From: the human T2T-CHM13v2.0 reference genome, Homo sapiens
DNA: 64,000 nucleotides
Assembly (NCBI RefSeq): GCF_009914755.1
Contig: NC_060948.1
Strand: one strand, 5' to 3'
Part shown: positions 35,062-49,850 of the stretch, piece after piece
Numbering within the stretch: the stretch's first letter is position 1
Layout of the letters: each line of letters begins with the position of its first letter
The notes under the pieces: model-generated
Databases searched by the model: none
The model's input: the letters and a program-made list of their open reading frames with translations, nothing else
What the model was told of the DNA's origin: nothing
Translations under genes and position numbers: made by a program

Positions 35062-35705
35062 GGACAGGCTTCGTGGCTCTTGTTGTAATTTCTACATTTT
35101 GGGAGGCCGAGGTTGGTGGGTCACTTGAGGTCAGGAGTTGGAGACCAGCATGGGCAACATGGCAAAAAGCTGTCTCTACCAAAAATACAAAAATTAGCCA
35201 GAACTAGTGGCACTTTCCTGTGGTCCCAGCTACTTGGGAGGCTGAGGTAGGAGAACCACCTGAACATGGGTGGCAGAGATTGTATAGTAAGCCAAGATCA
35301 GACTACTGCCTTCCAGCCTGGATGACACAGCGAGACCATGAAAAAAAAAATAAAGGCAACTCCACTCGTCCACTGGCTTAGGTAAAAAATACTGGAGTTG
35401 GCTGGGCTCGGTGGCTCACACCTGTATTCCCAGCACTTTGGATTTTGGGAAGCTGAGTCGGGCGGGTCACCTGAGATCTGTAGTAGGAGAGCAGCCTGGC
35501 CAACATGGTGAAGCCTGGCTTCTACTAAAAATACAAAACATTAGCTGAGCGTGGTGATGCATGCTTGTAATCCCAGCTACTGCAGAGGCTGAACCTGGGA
35601 GGCGGAGGATGTGTTGAGCTGAGATCCTGCCACTGCGCTCCAGCCTGGTCTACAGAGCGAGAGTACCCTGTGAGAAACAAAGGTGAAGAGAACAAGAAAA
35701 AAAAA
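35062..35705 (+). mobile_element. Tandem Alu pair, unit 2 (35062-35354, 35400-35705)
   Basis: Paralogs of the unit 1 pair; the first tail is shorter than in unit 1. Confidence 0.93.
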
Positions 35706-35811
35706 TGAGAAAAATAAGACCCACTGCAAAAGGTTGCCACAGAAAAGATTAAACATTTCAGCGACTTCTATCTTCTATCATGGAAGCCAAGGTTATTTGG
35801 ACCAAACCTCC

Positions 35812-36164
35812 TGTCTTAGTTCATTTTCACGCTGCTGAAGAAGAGATACCTGAAACTGGGAATAAAAGGAGGTTTAATTGGACTGACAGTTCCACATGGC
35901 TGTGGAGGCCTCAGAATCATGGTATACGAATAAAGGCACTTCTTACATGGCAATGCCAAGAGAGAATGAGGAAGAACCTGAGGCAGAAACCCCTGAAAAA
36001 CCCATCAGATCCCGTGAGACTTCTTCACTGTCACAAGAATAGCATGAGAAAGACCGACCCCCATGATTCAATTACCTCCCCCTGGGTCCCACCCGCAACA
36101 CGAGGGAATTCTGGGAGATACAATTGAAGCTGAGATTTGAATGGAGACACACCAAACCATGTCA
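35812..36164 (-). mobile_element. Solo THE1 LTR, unit 2
   Basis: Paralog of 15510-15862. Confidence 0.9.
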
Positions 36165-39100
36165 CTTCCCAAACAATTAAAAATTCCCAATAGAAGAAGC
36201 ATTAATTATATCAAAAAGTGGTGGACCAAGAAGGAACTATTAGCCTCATATCTCAAGAAAGACTCCAGTCAAGGCCTAGGGACTACTCATGAAAAGAGTT
36301 TAATAGCCGACTCTCTCCCAGTGGATCTGGATTCCACCGGACTGTATCTTCACAGTAAGGGTGAAACAGAAGCAAACCCATTCCTATTTCCAAGCTCAAG
36401 GAACTTTGGTCAAAGTTCTCTTGGAGCTGAGCAGAACAAGGAGGCAAACAGAAAAGATTTGTGTCCCTGAGAAGTCATGGCCACAGGCTGGCTATCACAC
36501 AGATTGTCAAGCCAGTTCCATATTGCATGGGTATTACAGAAAACCTCAAAACATAAATTTGTGTGTGGGTTGTCCCAGAGTAGCAGGATCTGGCAGAAGG
36601 AAATTTCCTTCTAACCCTCAAAGAATCCACATAAATCTTGTTACATTTGGGATTTTACGATTTGCTTCAGGAATGAGAATGGCCTTAATTTTCATATCTT
36701 TTTCTACACTCAGTTTATGGCTTGTTGGCGTCAAAGTTCTGCTTGCTTCACACAATGAGTTTAGGATTTTCCCTTTTTTATTCTATAGAATTCTTCATAT
36801 ATATTGAAATGCTCTGCCTGGGGAAAAAAATCTGAGCCTAGCGTTTTATCTCTAGGAAGAATCCTTTATTTCCTTGAACATTTATGAGACTATACAGATT
36901 ATATATGTCTTCTTGTATCAATTTTACTAAGCTATATACATAGCTTATGTTTATATATTATATATATAAATGTAAGATACAAATATAAAAATTATGTATA
37001 AATATGAAAATATATATAGAAAGCGATATATATGTCTATATATATAGACAGATTATAAATATCTGTCTATTTGATCTAAGTTTTCAAATTTGTAGGTTAA
37101 GGTGTTAACGATATTTCCTTATTAGCTTCTTAATCTATGCTGTATCTATGGTTGTGTACCTTTTAAATTCTTAGTTTTATCTATGTTTTCTCCCTTTTTT
37201 TCTAAACTTGACTGACGGTTGCATCATTTATTATATTTCTCCAACAAGCAAAGGTTAGCTTTGTATGTTTTACTAATTTTGTCTACATCATTATTCCCAC
37301 ACTTTAGTTTTTCAGAATTGATTCTGTTGTTTCTTTTCTAATTCTTTATTGAAATATCTAGTACATTAATTTTCAAGTTATTAGAGAAATATTTGTCTGT
37401 AAACTCCTATTGTAATATCACTTTTCTTGCTACTCACAGATTTAATCTTTAATATTGGCGGTATCATTGAGTTCTAAGTACATTTCAATTCCTAGTATGA
37501 TAATCTATGAATTGCTGAGAAATAGTGTTTACAATTTTGTTGTTCTATTTCCACTTAAGTTTATTTTTACTTCTGCTAACTCAATTGAAAATTCTTTACT
37601 AATTTTTAAAATCCTTGAACCCAAGAGATGGAGGTTGCAGTGAGCTGAGATCAGGCCACTGCATTCCAGACTGAGTGACAGAGTGGAACGAGATTTCAAA
37701 ACAAAACAAAACAAAACAAAACAAAACAGTCACTGGAAAGATAATAAAATACATAAATGTGGGATGTAATATGTAATCGTGATAAAATAAACTGGATTTT
37801 TTGTATAAGTTATACATATAAATGTAATGCCAAGACACTGATAAGACAACTCATGGTCTTATCTCAATACTTAGTGTCTTCATGTAACATATGTCCTTTA
37901 GGATAGTTATAGTCCGTTTTCTTTCCAGGAGAGACAGATGAGAATGCAGAAATGTTAAAGTGCAAGGGACGGAAGCTTCCAGCTGTGCCCACCTGTAACC
38001 TGACGTAGACAGTTCCACCGTTTGCTTCATTAATCATGCCAAAGGCTCTAATGCAAATGTGGTACAGAGTCACATGTTTTTGTATCTACATGATAGAAAC
38101 TATAACTTCATCCCTATATAGAAGGGTATATAGCATATGCCTCAGTGATAAATATAAGTGAATCATTGATCAGTAGGAAACCATTTTAAAAGTCTTTCAT
38201 AACAGAACAAAATCCCTGAAAACATTTTCTTCTCAATCTCTGAGTTTTCTTACACGGCTTATGAATCTCTAGCCATACTAAAGAGATAGTATGCTGCTCT
38301 TCCCACAAATTATTCATTGTATATAATTCCTGTAATCTAATAACAGTACCTTTACACCTCAGGGTTTAAAATGACTCCAACCTTTTTCTGTTTCTCCAAT
38401 TAAAATAACTTTTTTAAGGTTTAATCTTCAGTAATTTTTTGTAGTAATATTTTTGAAGGTATTTGACCAGGATGATTTGCTTATATACCTACCTGACGTC
38501 TCCCTTTCTTCTGAATACATATTTTATTACCCACCTATTAGATCTAAGTTTAAGAAGTTGGAATAGGGATTTAAATCTAAATTCTACATTTGAATTTACA
38601 GGAGTCAGCGAGTCCGGGAAGTGCCTTTATGCACAGACCAATATCTGGCAATGGCACTAGGAGACAAATAAGCTTTACCAGTCTCAAAGCCCTGGCTACT
38701 ACAGTGAATCCACCCTTCTCCTGGATCTTATCTACTTCAGCAAAAGAAGGCCACCCACTAAACCAGGCCCTTGTACTTTGGGTGGAAACTCCTAAGTCCT
38801 CTAGTCTCCTCAAACAGACAGCCAGGCTGCCAATTTCCACAATAATAATTTCTATAGCACTGAGTCTTTGGTAGCCTTGTAACTATAGCTACTGATGCTA
38901 CAGTCTGGTCCCTGTATGATAAAACACCAGAGCAACAGAAACAAAAATATTGACTGAAGCCTTCTAAAATCTCTCTAAATATACCTTCAATAAATATGGT
39001 TTTTTTTACAGAACGACTGCTTTCAGCTTCCTGAACTAACGCTTGGCCTTCGCTAGTTGTCACTGTTGAAATTGATTCAAAAGTGTACCTTTAACATGAA

Positions 39101-39386
39101 AGTCAACACAGAATTTCATGTGTCAGCAACTAAAATTTTCAAAATGTTGCAAAATACAAATGTGAAACTGTATTTGTGAAATTTACCATTCATTGAAATT
39201 ATATTTTCATACCTACCCAGGCACAGAATTTTTTATAACTGTCTGCATGTTCTCCTCATGTGGGGGAAAAGCAGCATCAGCAGGCAGAGGAATCCTTTGA
39301 AGCTGGAGGGAGAGGTTGCAGTGATCTGAGAGTTTGCCACTTGACTGCAGCCTGGATGACACAGTGAGACTCCAACTGAAAAGAAA

Positions 39387-39423
<37 letters not shown>

Positions 39424-39488
39424 CCAAAATTGATAAGTAAAAAAAAAATCCATATTCGAAAACATGCTCACAGGCTAACTCCCATATC

Positions 39489-39537
<49 letters not shown>

Positions 39538-40667
39538 TCCTTGAAAACGAAAGTTCCACAAGGGCAAAACAAGAAAACAAATTTAACACCCCCCAAAGAA
39601 AGTACAAAGAGTAACCTCAAAAGAACCGCAGGGGAAAACAATTCAAAATTTACAAGTATCTACCCTAAAAGAAGCTGAAAGTCCCTCAAAAACTTTCCAG
39701 AGGCCATGTCCTTGTATTACAAAAATGATCATAAAAACTGGCAGGAGTAGACGAATAGAAATGCATCTTAAAACTTGCTAAACCCTTCAAGTCTCCCATA
39801 AGAATTGTAATGGAAAATGGATCGGTCGGCAGCTTTTTCCATACAATTATGAACAAATTATATTTCTTCATACATAGATTTGTTTTTTCAATATTCTAAG
39901 GAATTAACTTTTATATTAATAGTAGGTGATGTAAGAAAGCAGGCCTTTATCAAGATAACTGACACTGGATGTCCATACCATTACTCAGGTGGGCCTTAAT
40001 TCCCAGCCGGGTTCCCTCCCTGGACACACACTGAAGGTCCCCAGCCATTTGGCAATCTCTTCACATTCCCAGCCCTGGAGGTAGCCCTAAAATACATGTA
40101 CCTGAAGAAAATAAAACATTGCCTCACACTGGAGCCCAGTGTGGTCCTCCAGATTCCGTGTGAGGTGGACTAACTTATATGGGAAGGCAGGGCAGCGGGA
40201 GTGAGGATGGCAGAGAGGATTACACATGTCAAGGCAGCCGGGGTCATGGAAACAAAACATGACTGGCCTGGGAGAAACACTGTGAAAGGACACAGACCTA
40301 GGTGGGCCTCAGGTGGACATCCTCGTGGAGAAAAAGGGGGCCCTGGTTGATCTCAAAATGAGCCCCAGGTGGTAGCAGGTCTTACCGCAGGGCAGGGAGC
40401 TGGCGAGTAATGATGAGACAGCTATCCCTTAAGCCCTGCTTGTCACCCACTGACTTTAGCCACATATGCATCATAGTGGCTTAAGGTGCCCCGATCCTGA
40501 AATGTGGGTGTTACATGTCCCTGATGGGCCTCTCTCCCCCAACCCACGGATTGCCTGGGATTGCTCACTGCAGTCTCCTCCCGGATCCTTGGGTTCTCCA
40601 TGTGGGGCCCAGATCCAGGTCAAAAGGCCTCTCAGTTCCCAGCCCTTCCCAGCCCTAGGCTGCTCGC

Positions 40668-43244
40668 CTGGCCTCCTCTCTGTTCCGCCTCTAGGGCTGA
40701 CCCTCTCTCCATGGGATAGAACTGCAATGGATTGAGCCATAGGCCCTGGCTGATGATCTAGGTGACTGCAGAAGTGGGTCCAGGACAGTTCAGGTGACAG
40801 TTCAAAGCCAATTCCCCAGAGACCAAGGAATGACCAGCTAGGTCCTTTCCCATGATGCCCCACGGCGAACCCCACCTCAGCAATCCTGCCAAAACCCGGG
40901 CAGTCATGTTCAGCCAAACAGCTGAATGAGCTCAGGTAGGAGGTGTACTGCCTGCAGCTGGAGGCTTGACCTTCGTGATCCCAGAACCGCTGGACTGCAG
41001 TGGAATGAGACACCCTGTAGCCTGCAGGGAGAGGAGTCAGGAAGGTTCATGCCAGTCCCACCCTCCCACACACCAGCTCCCCTACCATGCTGGGAGGCAT
41101 TCCTTACCGAGGATGCCAACACAGTGCTCCTTCATGATGATTTCACTGTGGAAATAAAGGTTGGGATGAAAGGAAATCATCCTGCCACCGGTAACCGGGA
41201 TGGCTGAGTTCCTCCACCTGCCGGATCAAGGAGAAAGAGGATGGATTCAATGGGACCATCTCAACTAGCCGGGCTGAGGTGGCCTACTAGCTGTAGTGAA
41301 CCATGAGTTTCCCCTTCCCAGCTCTCCCACTGAGACAACCCTGGTCCCCAGGGGGACCTCAAACTGACTCAGACACTGGACTCCTCCCACAGACCCAGGC
41401 TCCCCAGCCTGACCTGCAAATCCATCACGTAGCAAAGCAGGACTTCCGCATGCTTTCCGACCCACGCCGACATCTCGTGTGCCAAACAATCTACCTCTGC
41501 GCAAGAACTCTCCAGAGGATTGGGTGGGCAAGCCTCGTGACGCCTTGCAATTTCGCAAGAACACAGACAATGTGGAACAGGGCCATCTCCCAGACATTTG
41601 GCCAGTCACCCTTCATTGTTGGCCCTCTATCTCTGTCTGGCGAGGAGGCAACGCCACAACTGTGGTGGTTTTTGGAGTGGGTGGACCCCGGCCAAGACGG
41701 CCTGGGCTGACCAGAGACGGGAGGCAGAAAAAGTGGGCAGGTGGTTGCAGCTGAGGGACGGGAGGGACCGGGGGTGGTGTGAGGCGGCTGCTTCTCTGGG
41801 TTTCTGAGATGCAGGAGGCCTTTGTGTGCTGGGTGCTGGACATGCTCCGCTGATGTCCGGGTGTGTGGTGTCCTCTTATCCTAGTCTCCCTGAGGGGTGG
41901 GCCTGTCCACCTGAGGGAAGCCTTGTAGTTAGAAGCCACAGCAGGGTCGTGCCTGGCGCTCTCCAAGGGAATTGCGTGGGTCCAGAGGAAGTTATACAGG
42001 CTCAGGGCCTACACGCCTTTGAGTGCAGCGCCTGCAGTTGGATGAATGCGCATCTGCGGAGCTGGTGCCCGCCGTCAGGTGGTCGGCAGCCCCATGCGCC
42101 GCGAACCCGTCTTAAGCACCTTGCGTTTCTGGGGTGAGCCTGCTGGAAACAGGCACCGAGAGCAGGGGTGGTTCAATGGCTGGTAATGGCATACAGATTC
42201 CCCGTCCTCCAGGGACGTTCCCAGGGAAACGCGTCCTTCGAATTTGGGCTGTGCGCAAAGGGACCTTGGCGCCGCGATTCTCCCTTGTCAGTGCTGGCCC
42301 TGGCTCCCCTTCCCTACCACGTGCTCCCAGGGCTGCTACAAGCGAGCTGCCCTCACAGCTGCGGGAACGTGGCCTCGGCTCCCACGCTGTCCCCCATCCC
42401 CTGCCTCCTGGCTGACCCCACGTGCCTCCCACCTGGCTCCTCCCCGCAAACAGCCCCCATACCCCCCGAGGCCCGATGACTATCCCCTGCTGCCCGCCAT
42501 CCCAAATCGGCAGCCGCAAGGATATGGCTCTGGCTCACAAGGCGGAGATGCTCTGTGGCCTGGGGCATTCACGGAGCCCAGCTCCAAGTGAAGGACCTCC
42601 AGCGAGTCCATTGACGGCCCCGGTGTGCTCGGTCCAGGGCCAGGCTGTGCCCGCTGGCCCTCCTTCTGCCACCCCACGTCGGGCTCCACCTCAACCACCA
42701 CCTCCACCTCAGCCATGATGTCTTCCACCTTCAGCACCGCCTCCTCTTCCAAGGCCGCCTCCTTGCTCTGTACCCCGGCCGTCCTCTCCAGCATTGCCTC
42801 CAGCCTGAACACGGTTTTCTCCTGGGTGCTCCCACAGACCCTGGGCCTGCGCAGCCCAGCCCAGCCCAGCCCATGCCCCGCACCCGTAGGCTCTGGGGGC
42901 CCGCTCCCCAGCAGACCCGCTCCCTGCAAGACCCACGGGCGTCGCCCTGCTGTGAACCTGGTCCCACACCTACGTGGACCCAGGTTTCCTGAGGAGCTCC
43001 GCTGGACCCGCAGATCCCGCACTGGCCAAAGGGCTCCGGTCCCCAGCAGGCTCAACTGCGCACAGGAGCTCGGGAGCCAGAGGCCCCGGCCCTGGGCTTG
43101 CAGAGCCCCACCAACAGGCACCGCAACCGCTGCTGCGGGTGCGGGAGCCTCTGGGTCGTCAAGGCAGCGCACAACAGCGTGCGTGCAGGCCGACAATGGC
43201 CAACCCTGGCGGCTGGCCTCTGGTGTGCCCAGGGCATAGGACAA
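40668..43244 (-). pseudogene. FAM197Y: FAM197Y-type inverted TSPY paralog, unit 3
   Basis: Copy of 51-2627 at offset +40617. Confidence 0.85.
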
Positions 43245-44435
43245 GAGGCCCTTTGGAATGCTCCTTGGAGTACAGCATCCTCAGGGAGGAAGCATGGTAC
43301 TCGGAGCCTCTATTTGCCTCGACCTGTGAGAGTGTGTGCCGGGGCTCTGGCCTCTACAGCAGATCAATTCCACCTCAGCACCGGCAGGCGACTTTCCTCC
43401 CACGTGCCCGCCCCGATCACTTCCCCCAGGACACCCCTGCCGCCCTAGCCCCAGCAACCAGAGAGAGTTCTCTGCATCTGCTGTATTACCTCCGTACCAT
43501 CTACCTGGCCTGCCTAACGAAGAGAGATGTTTCCTGTGTTCATGACACATAGAGATGTTCATGGCTTGCCACACTGAGGATGTCAGGGCACAGGGCTGCC
43601 ATGCCCACAATTCCAAAGGCCACGCAGCCCGCGTGTGCCCGGATGCCTAGCTACCCGGCACAAGCTCCAAGGGCTTCTCGGAGGAGGCTTGGGCAGGGAA
43701 GGCGGGGGGTGGGGGGGCTGGAGATGCAGGCCCGCCAGTGGCTGTGCCGCCCAGGGAGACGCCCACCGCCCTCCCATTGACTGGCCACGACGGGAGGAAG
43801 TCGGCCTGGGTGCGGCCCCCCGGCCCTTCGCGCGCAGTCCCTTAGGGGGCGCCTGGAAGCCCGGCGCATGCGCCCTGAGGGCTCGCTGACCTACCGGGTG
43901 CCAGAGAGGCTGCGGCAGGGTTTCTGTGGCGTGGGTCGGGCAGCACAGGCCTTGGTGTGTGCGAGTGCCAAGGAGGGCACCGCCTTCAGGATGGAGGCTG
44001 TACAGGAGGGGGCGGCCGGGGTGGAGAGTGAGCAGGCGGCTTTGGGGGAGGAGGCGGTGCTGCTGTTGGATGACATAATGGCGGAGGTGGAGGTGGTGGC
44101 GGAGGTGGAGGTGGTGGCGGAGGAGGAGGGCCTCGTGGAGCGGCGGGAGGAGGCCCAGCGGGCACAGCAGGCTGTGCCTGGCCCTGGGCCCATGACCCCA
44201 GAGTCTGCACTGGAGGAGCTGCTGGCCGTTCAGGTGGAGCTGGAGCCGGTTAATGCCCAAGCCAGGAAGGCCTTTTCTCGGCAGCGGGAAAAGATGGAAC
44301 GGAGGCGCAAGCCCCACCTAGACCGCAGAGGCGCCGTCATCCAGAGCGTCCCTGGCTTCTGGGCCAATGTTGTATCCTTCTCAGTGTTTCTTCGGCCTTT
44401 CTAGTGGAGAGGTGCTCTCGGGGAAGTGTAAGTGA
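42017..44435. promoter_or_regulatory. CpG island / divergent promoter, unit 3
   Basis: Paralogous copy of 1400-3800. Confidence 0.75.
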
Positions 44436-46448
44436 CCGATGGGCAGCTCGGCGTCGATGTGACTCTTTGGGGAACAAAGGGGAGTTGCCACGGACCAGTG
44501 TGGCTGTGGAAAGCCGGAGCAGGCGTGGGTACTATTGTCCTGCATGCGGCAGAGAAACCCTTGGTGATGCCGAGCAGCAGACGTTTGGGGCATCTTTTTG
44601 AAGAGCAGAAGCGAGTTCAGAGCGGAAGAGGTTTTTCAGTGAATGAAGCTATTTTTAAGGGAGTGTGATTGCTGCCCCTTGCTAGTCCGATCTGGGACTG
44701 GGCGTCTTCGGCTATAAGCAGATTCTGCCACTCCTCAGACACCAGCAAGTCTCTGCAAATCGCGCCTCCCCATGTCAGTGCAGTCAGCCTCAGAATCATA
44801 CACCCTCTGTGAACACAGGAGGCCTTAGTTTACGGGGACGGGGAGGCGAAAGGAGATCATACATGGAAGCAGATCTGAGAAATCCCCTACCCCAGCCTCT
44901 GGGTGCTCTTAGGCCTTCTTCCCTGTTGCTCCTCGCTTTCCCTTCCATCGTGTGTAAAGTCTCTTTGACCTAAATCAGATTGCAAACCACCCCCAGATGT
45001 CAGCCCTGATCACTGACGAAGATGAAGACATGCTGAGCTACATGGTCAGCCTGGAGGTGAGGCCAGGAAGACTGGGGCTAGAGGGTTTAGCGGGGGAGGG
45101 TAAGGGAAATAATTCATTCCTGTAAGCAAGAGTGAGCACCTCACCCGAAAACCTATCTAAGCTTTCTCCACCTTGTCCTGACAGGTGGGAGAAGAGAAGC
45201 ATCCTGTTCATCTCTGCAAGATCATGTTGTTCTTTCGGAGTAACCCCTACTTCCAGAATAAAGTGATTACCAAGGAATATCTGGTGAACATCACAGGTGA
45301 CAGGTGGCTCCCAGGATGGGTAGTGGAAGGAAGATGGTGGGTGGATCATTGCCAACGGGATCCAGCCCCCTTCCCACAAAAACTCCTGTCTCTGTAGAAT
45401 ACAGGGCTTCTCATTCCACTCCAATTGAGTGGTATCCGGATTATGAAGTGGAGGCCTATCGCCGCAGACACCACAACAGCAGCCTTAACTTCTTCAACTG
45501 GTTCTCTGACCACAACTTCGCAGGATCTAACAAGATTGCTGAGGTGAGTCCTCACTGGGAAACATGAGGAATGACCCCGTGTGTTCCCAGCTGCTTGGGT
45601 CACCTTTCTGAGCCCTGATGAGGCCTTTCCCGATTGAGTCCCCTGACAGATCCTATGTAAGGACCTGTGGCGCAATCCCCTGCAATACTACAAGAGGATG
45701 AAGCCACCTGAAGAGGGAACAGAGACGTCAGGTGAGCCGTTAGTTGGCACTGGAGCTGTTTGATGCCCAGTATAAGGGGGTTGACACACCTGCCTATTCA
45801 GGGAGCCTGGGTGCTCATTTCAGAAATGTAGAAATTGAGGCTCCTTTCGTACATGTAGAAATTCCTTGAGAGGAAGACAGAGAGTGACAGAATCCAGGAC
45901 GTTCATGGCATTGGGCTGAAAAGGCACGTTAGAGACTGCACTGCAAAGCGGGTGATAGCTGTGGAGTCTTAAGCCCAGTGAAGAATCGTCCATTTCCAGA
46001 ATCAATGAGAAGTAAAGCTGAAAATCATTCAGTTCAGTCTGTGGCACTTGATTCCACGGCTGTCAACCCCACCGGCAGTCATCCCACCAACCCCATGAGA
46101 TTGGGCTCCCTGAATGTGCGTCCTGGTCATCCTTGCCCCAAACCACAAAGGACTGTTTAGATTGATGGATTTCCTTAAGCTGTTGCCCCATCAGACTTGT
46201 GTGTGCTTTTAGGGCCCAGTGCATCTTGTTAGCTGACTCCCCTCACAGACAATACTGGGAATGGGGCAGGGATTGCGCAGAACAGTTTGTAACACGTGGT
46301 AGGAGGAAGTTTAAGGGATCACAAATGGGGAAGGGATATCCTTTTCTCAGCGGGCCCCACAATTGAAACATTGCAAAGTATGGCTCAGAGAAAATGCGTT
46401 TTAACATGAGTTTGTGTTTCTCTAGGGGACTCCCAGTTGTTGAGTTGA
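43868..46448 (+). CDS. TSPY: TSPY copy 3, 314 aa (18-nt in-frame duplication in exon 1; Gly at second codon of exon 3)
   Basis: Exons 43868-44371, 44979-45056, 45185-45296, 45398-45543, 45650-45731, 46426-46448. GCGGAGGTGGAGGTGGTG is duplicated at 44081-44116 (AEVEVV x2). GGA at 45188-45190. Confidence 0.97.
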
Positions 46449-46618
46449 ATATGATGGAGCATCAGATTTTACCTAATACAGCAGAACTCCTAAAAAGTTA
46501 CAGCCATATGCAGGACGGCAGTACTCAGCATGGTCTTATGCACAGGAACTAAAGGAAAAAGAGATCGAGTCACAAAAATTCAGGAAGAGGGGGTAAATGT
46601 GGATTGTATGGAATGAAA

Positions 46619-46624
46619 AATAAA
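46619..46624 (+). terminator. TSPY poly(A) signal, unit 3
   Basis: AATAAA at the paralogous position. Confidence 0.85.
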
Positions 46625-49365
46625 CATTCTCAAGGATGTGTGACTCTGTGTCTGTGTGTGTGTGTGTGTCTTTGTGTTTGTGTGTGTGTGTGTCTGTGTG
46701 TGTATGTTTATCCACTTTATTCGGGTGTCATAATGAATTGATCAATCCACGTGCTTTATTCTCTTCATGGAAATAACCAGTCTGCGTTGGAGCTGGGCCT
46801 CTAAAGTTGTAGAGTGAATGGGTGTGGGATGTGTTGGGATTCTTCCTACAGGACAGAGTGGGAGAGGTAAAAGCAAAAGACAGCTTAGTTGGAGGCTGAC
46901 TTCGTCCTATGGAAGCAGAGATAGTTCAAGGAAAGGGGTTACTGGGTTTCCAGGGCCCAGTTTGCTGGGACCTCCAAAATCCTTCATTTTGGGTATCATC
47001 ATACACAGTAGCTAAGCACAGGATGATGGAAATCTTAAAGTTCGCTTTCGTGTTGAATCCACATGTTCTTTTAAAGGTGAATGCATGATCCTTTTCTGGG
47101 ACAATCAGCCTCTCAGGACTTCTGAAACATCAACGTGAGAAGAAATGGGCATGTAAGGTGTATGGAGGGACTGTGGGAAAGGTGACAGAGGCATGTGGGA
47201 AGGCATTCAGGATACGCTTTTGGCAGAGATGACTAAGGGAAAACAGAAACTTACAGAAGTGAGGGGAAAGGGGGTGGATTAGTGGAATATAAGATTGTTG
47301 GAGAATCCATCCATGGACTCTCTTGTCACTTGATGACCCAGGATATGGACACTCTTGTTGATGTTTACATCTTTAGTTGTTTTAAGCTTTTCTCCAAGAT
47401 TCTGTGTTAGGTGAGGAGCCAATAACGTATGTAGCTAACAACAGTACGAGTGCATTTTGTGCTCTTGCAAAGTCTAGTGAGGCTCTATTCTCCCTCGTGA
47501 TTGGCACTGCAGATTGTATCTGGACCCAGGGCCCCTAAATTTTCTGTGGCCTCTTCAGCATAGTTTGCCTAAGGTTTAGAACGTAAAGCGAATATAGTTG
47601 CGGAATATGTTTTGCAAGCCTCACACAGGAGGACAAAACATACAGCTTTCATTCGCGAGTGGGAGGCTGCTTCCCAGGAACACGTGTGTCTGCACAAGAC
47701 AAGGGGTTGCCTCTGTCAAGGATGGGGCAGGAGGATTTCAGTGTCGGAGGCAGAACTTTCTTTCCTGTTCCCAGATGAAACAGTTCCAACACGAGCATCC
47801 ATGTTGACCACACGCTACTAGAGTGCTAACATTGCTGTCCCGTATAGACTCCGGTCAGCACAGCTTCTGTGAGAAGAGCTATGTTGTTTCAGGGAAGAGG
47901 GTTTGACAGTCAAAGTTCCTGAATCTGTTGTGGTGCCTGCAATATGCATTCTACCCCTCCTGCTCGGTGTCAAAGCAGTTGAGCTTTGAAAATCTATCGC
48001 CCGGTTTTGTCCCTGCTCCTATGCAGACCTCTGAAGCTCTGGAGCGGGAGTCTTGTCCTCCTCTGACTACCGTCCCCCTGACCCACAAACACAGGAGAAA
48101 CAGGTGTTCTAAGCAAATTATTCTGAAAACAGTCGGAACCCTTTGGCCCCCTCAAGCTGCCCTGTATCCTACTGTGTGCATGTCAAAGACACTGTGGTCC
48201 AGTACGGTATCCCTATAGCGGCAATGGGGCAACAGATTGGTGTGTGCACTCTGGGCAACTCAGATTAGGAAACGTCTGGGGACTTGCCTATAACGAGGTC
48301 GTCTTAAAACGTGTTGCCCCAAATTTAAGGCATAGGAAAATGTTGAGGAAAGGGTCTTGCAATGATTTTTCTAGGAGGTAAATAGATAAGAAAATGACCG
48401 TAAATAGATGCCAGGGCTAGTTTTGGAGCTAGCCTTTTTTAAAGTGGTGGTAGGGGAGGAGGTTTTTCCAAGGCAGGTAGCAAACCAGGAACTGTCTACG
48501 ATGGATGGGCGTGCCATGGGTTGGTGGCTCAGCCATATTGCCACCCCACGGAGTCGATGCAGCAGACTGGGCTTCTTGCTTGAATCCTACGTGCAATTCA
48601 GTCTAGTGATTTCACATGAGATCCCTTCTTCTGGTATTATCACAGATCGTGCTGAATTATACAGGCTGTGTAATGCTTCTTCCACTGAATATCCGTGCAC
48701 GTGGGCCACAGATGCTAAGGGCACTGACAAATTTGCACCGTGCCTCAGTAACTCGGAAGCACATCTGTGATTTGTACCGACAGGGACTTGGTGTCTTTTC
48801 GTGTTTACAGTAGCACGTGTGTGTTTGTGGTTGCGTATGTTTATTTCTCTGTGCGGGTTTGTATATTTTCTCTGACTCCACCTATGTCTCCGTGGTTCCG
48901 ATATTTTTCCACACTCCCTGCGACAATTTGCACATGCCTATCTCTACAACCATTGTAGACTTTGTATCTGTGTCTTTGAACATCTGTCACTCTCTCTCCC
49001 TTCCTTTTTTCTTTTCCTTCCTTTACACCCCTCCTTTCATCCTTCCCTTGCTTCCCCACCACACTCTCTCCATCTGTATCGTCTATGTTTCTATTCTCTA
49101 TCTGGGTTTACTTTCTAATTCTGAATTCAAGGGCATTGAATTGAAAAGAAGCACTCTTCGTACTTTTATGTGTTTTAACTCATTTGGGGAATTTGGCGTG
49201 GTATTATTTACAGGGTTCTCTCTGCCCTTTCTCATTGTTCTCCCCAGCCGGGGCTGTTATTATGTGAAAGCTGGTTTCCTTCATCACATCGCGTAGGCTC
49301 TAATGATGTTTCGTTTATTTTGATTCTCCTCACACTACATAGTTTTAATTTACCTAATGTGACTG

Positions 49366-49668
49366 TTTTTTTGTTTGTTTTCCGAGAATGGGTCTTACTC
49401 TGTCTTCTAGGTTGGACAGCAGCCCCACGATCTCAGCCCACTGCAGCCCAGGCACCACACACCCATGTGATCCTGTCAACTCAGACTCTCACACACCTGG
49501 CAGTACAGGTGCATGCCACCCCTCCAAGCTATGTATTAATTAACTAAATACTTACTTTTTGAATGTGGGTCCATGTTGCCCCAGGCTCATCTGGAACTCC
49601 TGAGTGCAGGCAATCCTCCCACCTCAGCTTATCAAAGTGCTGGGATGACAGGTGTGACCCATGGCCCT
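49366..49668 (-). mobile_element. Old Alu, antisense, unit 3
   Basis: Paralog of 8730-9032. Confidence 0.85.
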
Positions 49669-49811
49669 GCCATGGCTTTGTGTTTTTTGCTTTTTTCTTC
49701 CTCCTCCTCACGTCTTGTTTTGAAACATGCACTGAAGGTTTCAATTCATGGACTATAGCCTCTGTGCCTGGAATTTCTATCTTTCAACTCATCATCAGCA
49801 TTCATTGGGAT

Positions 49812-49850
<39 letters not shown>

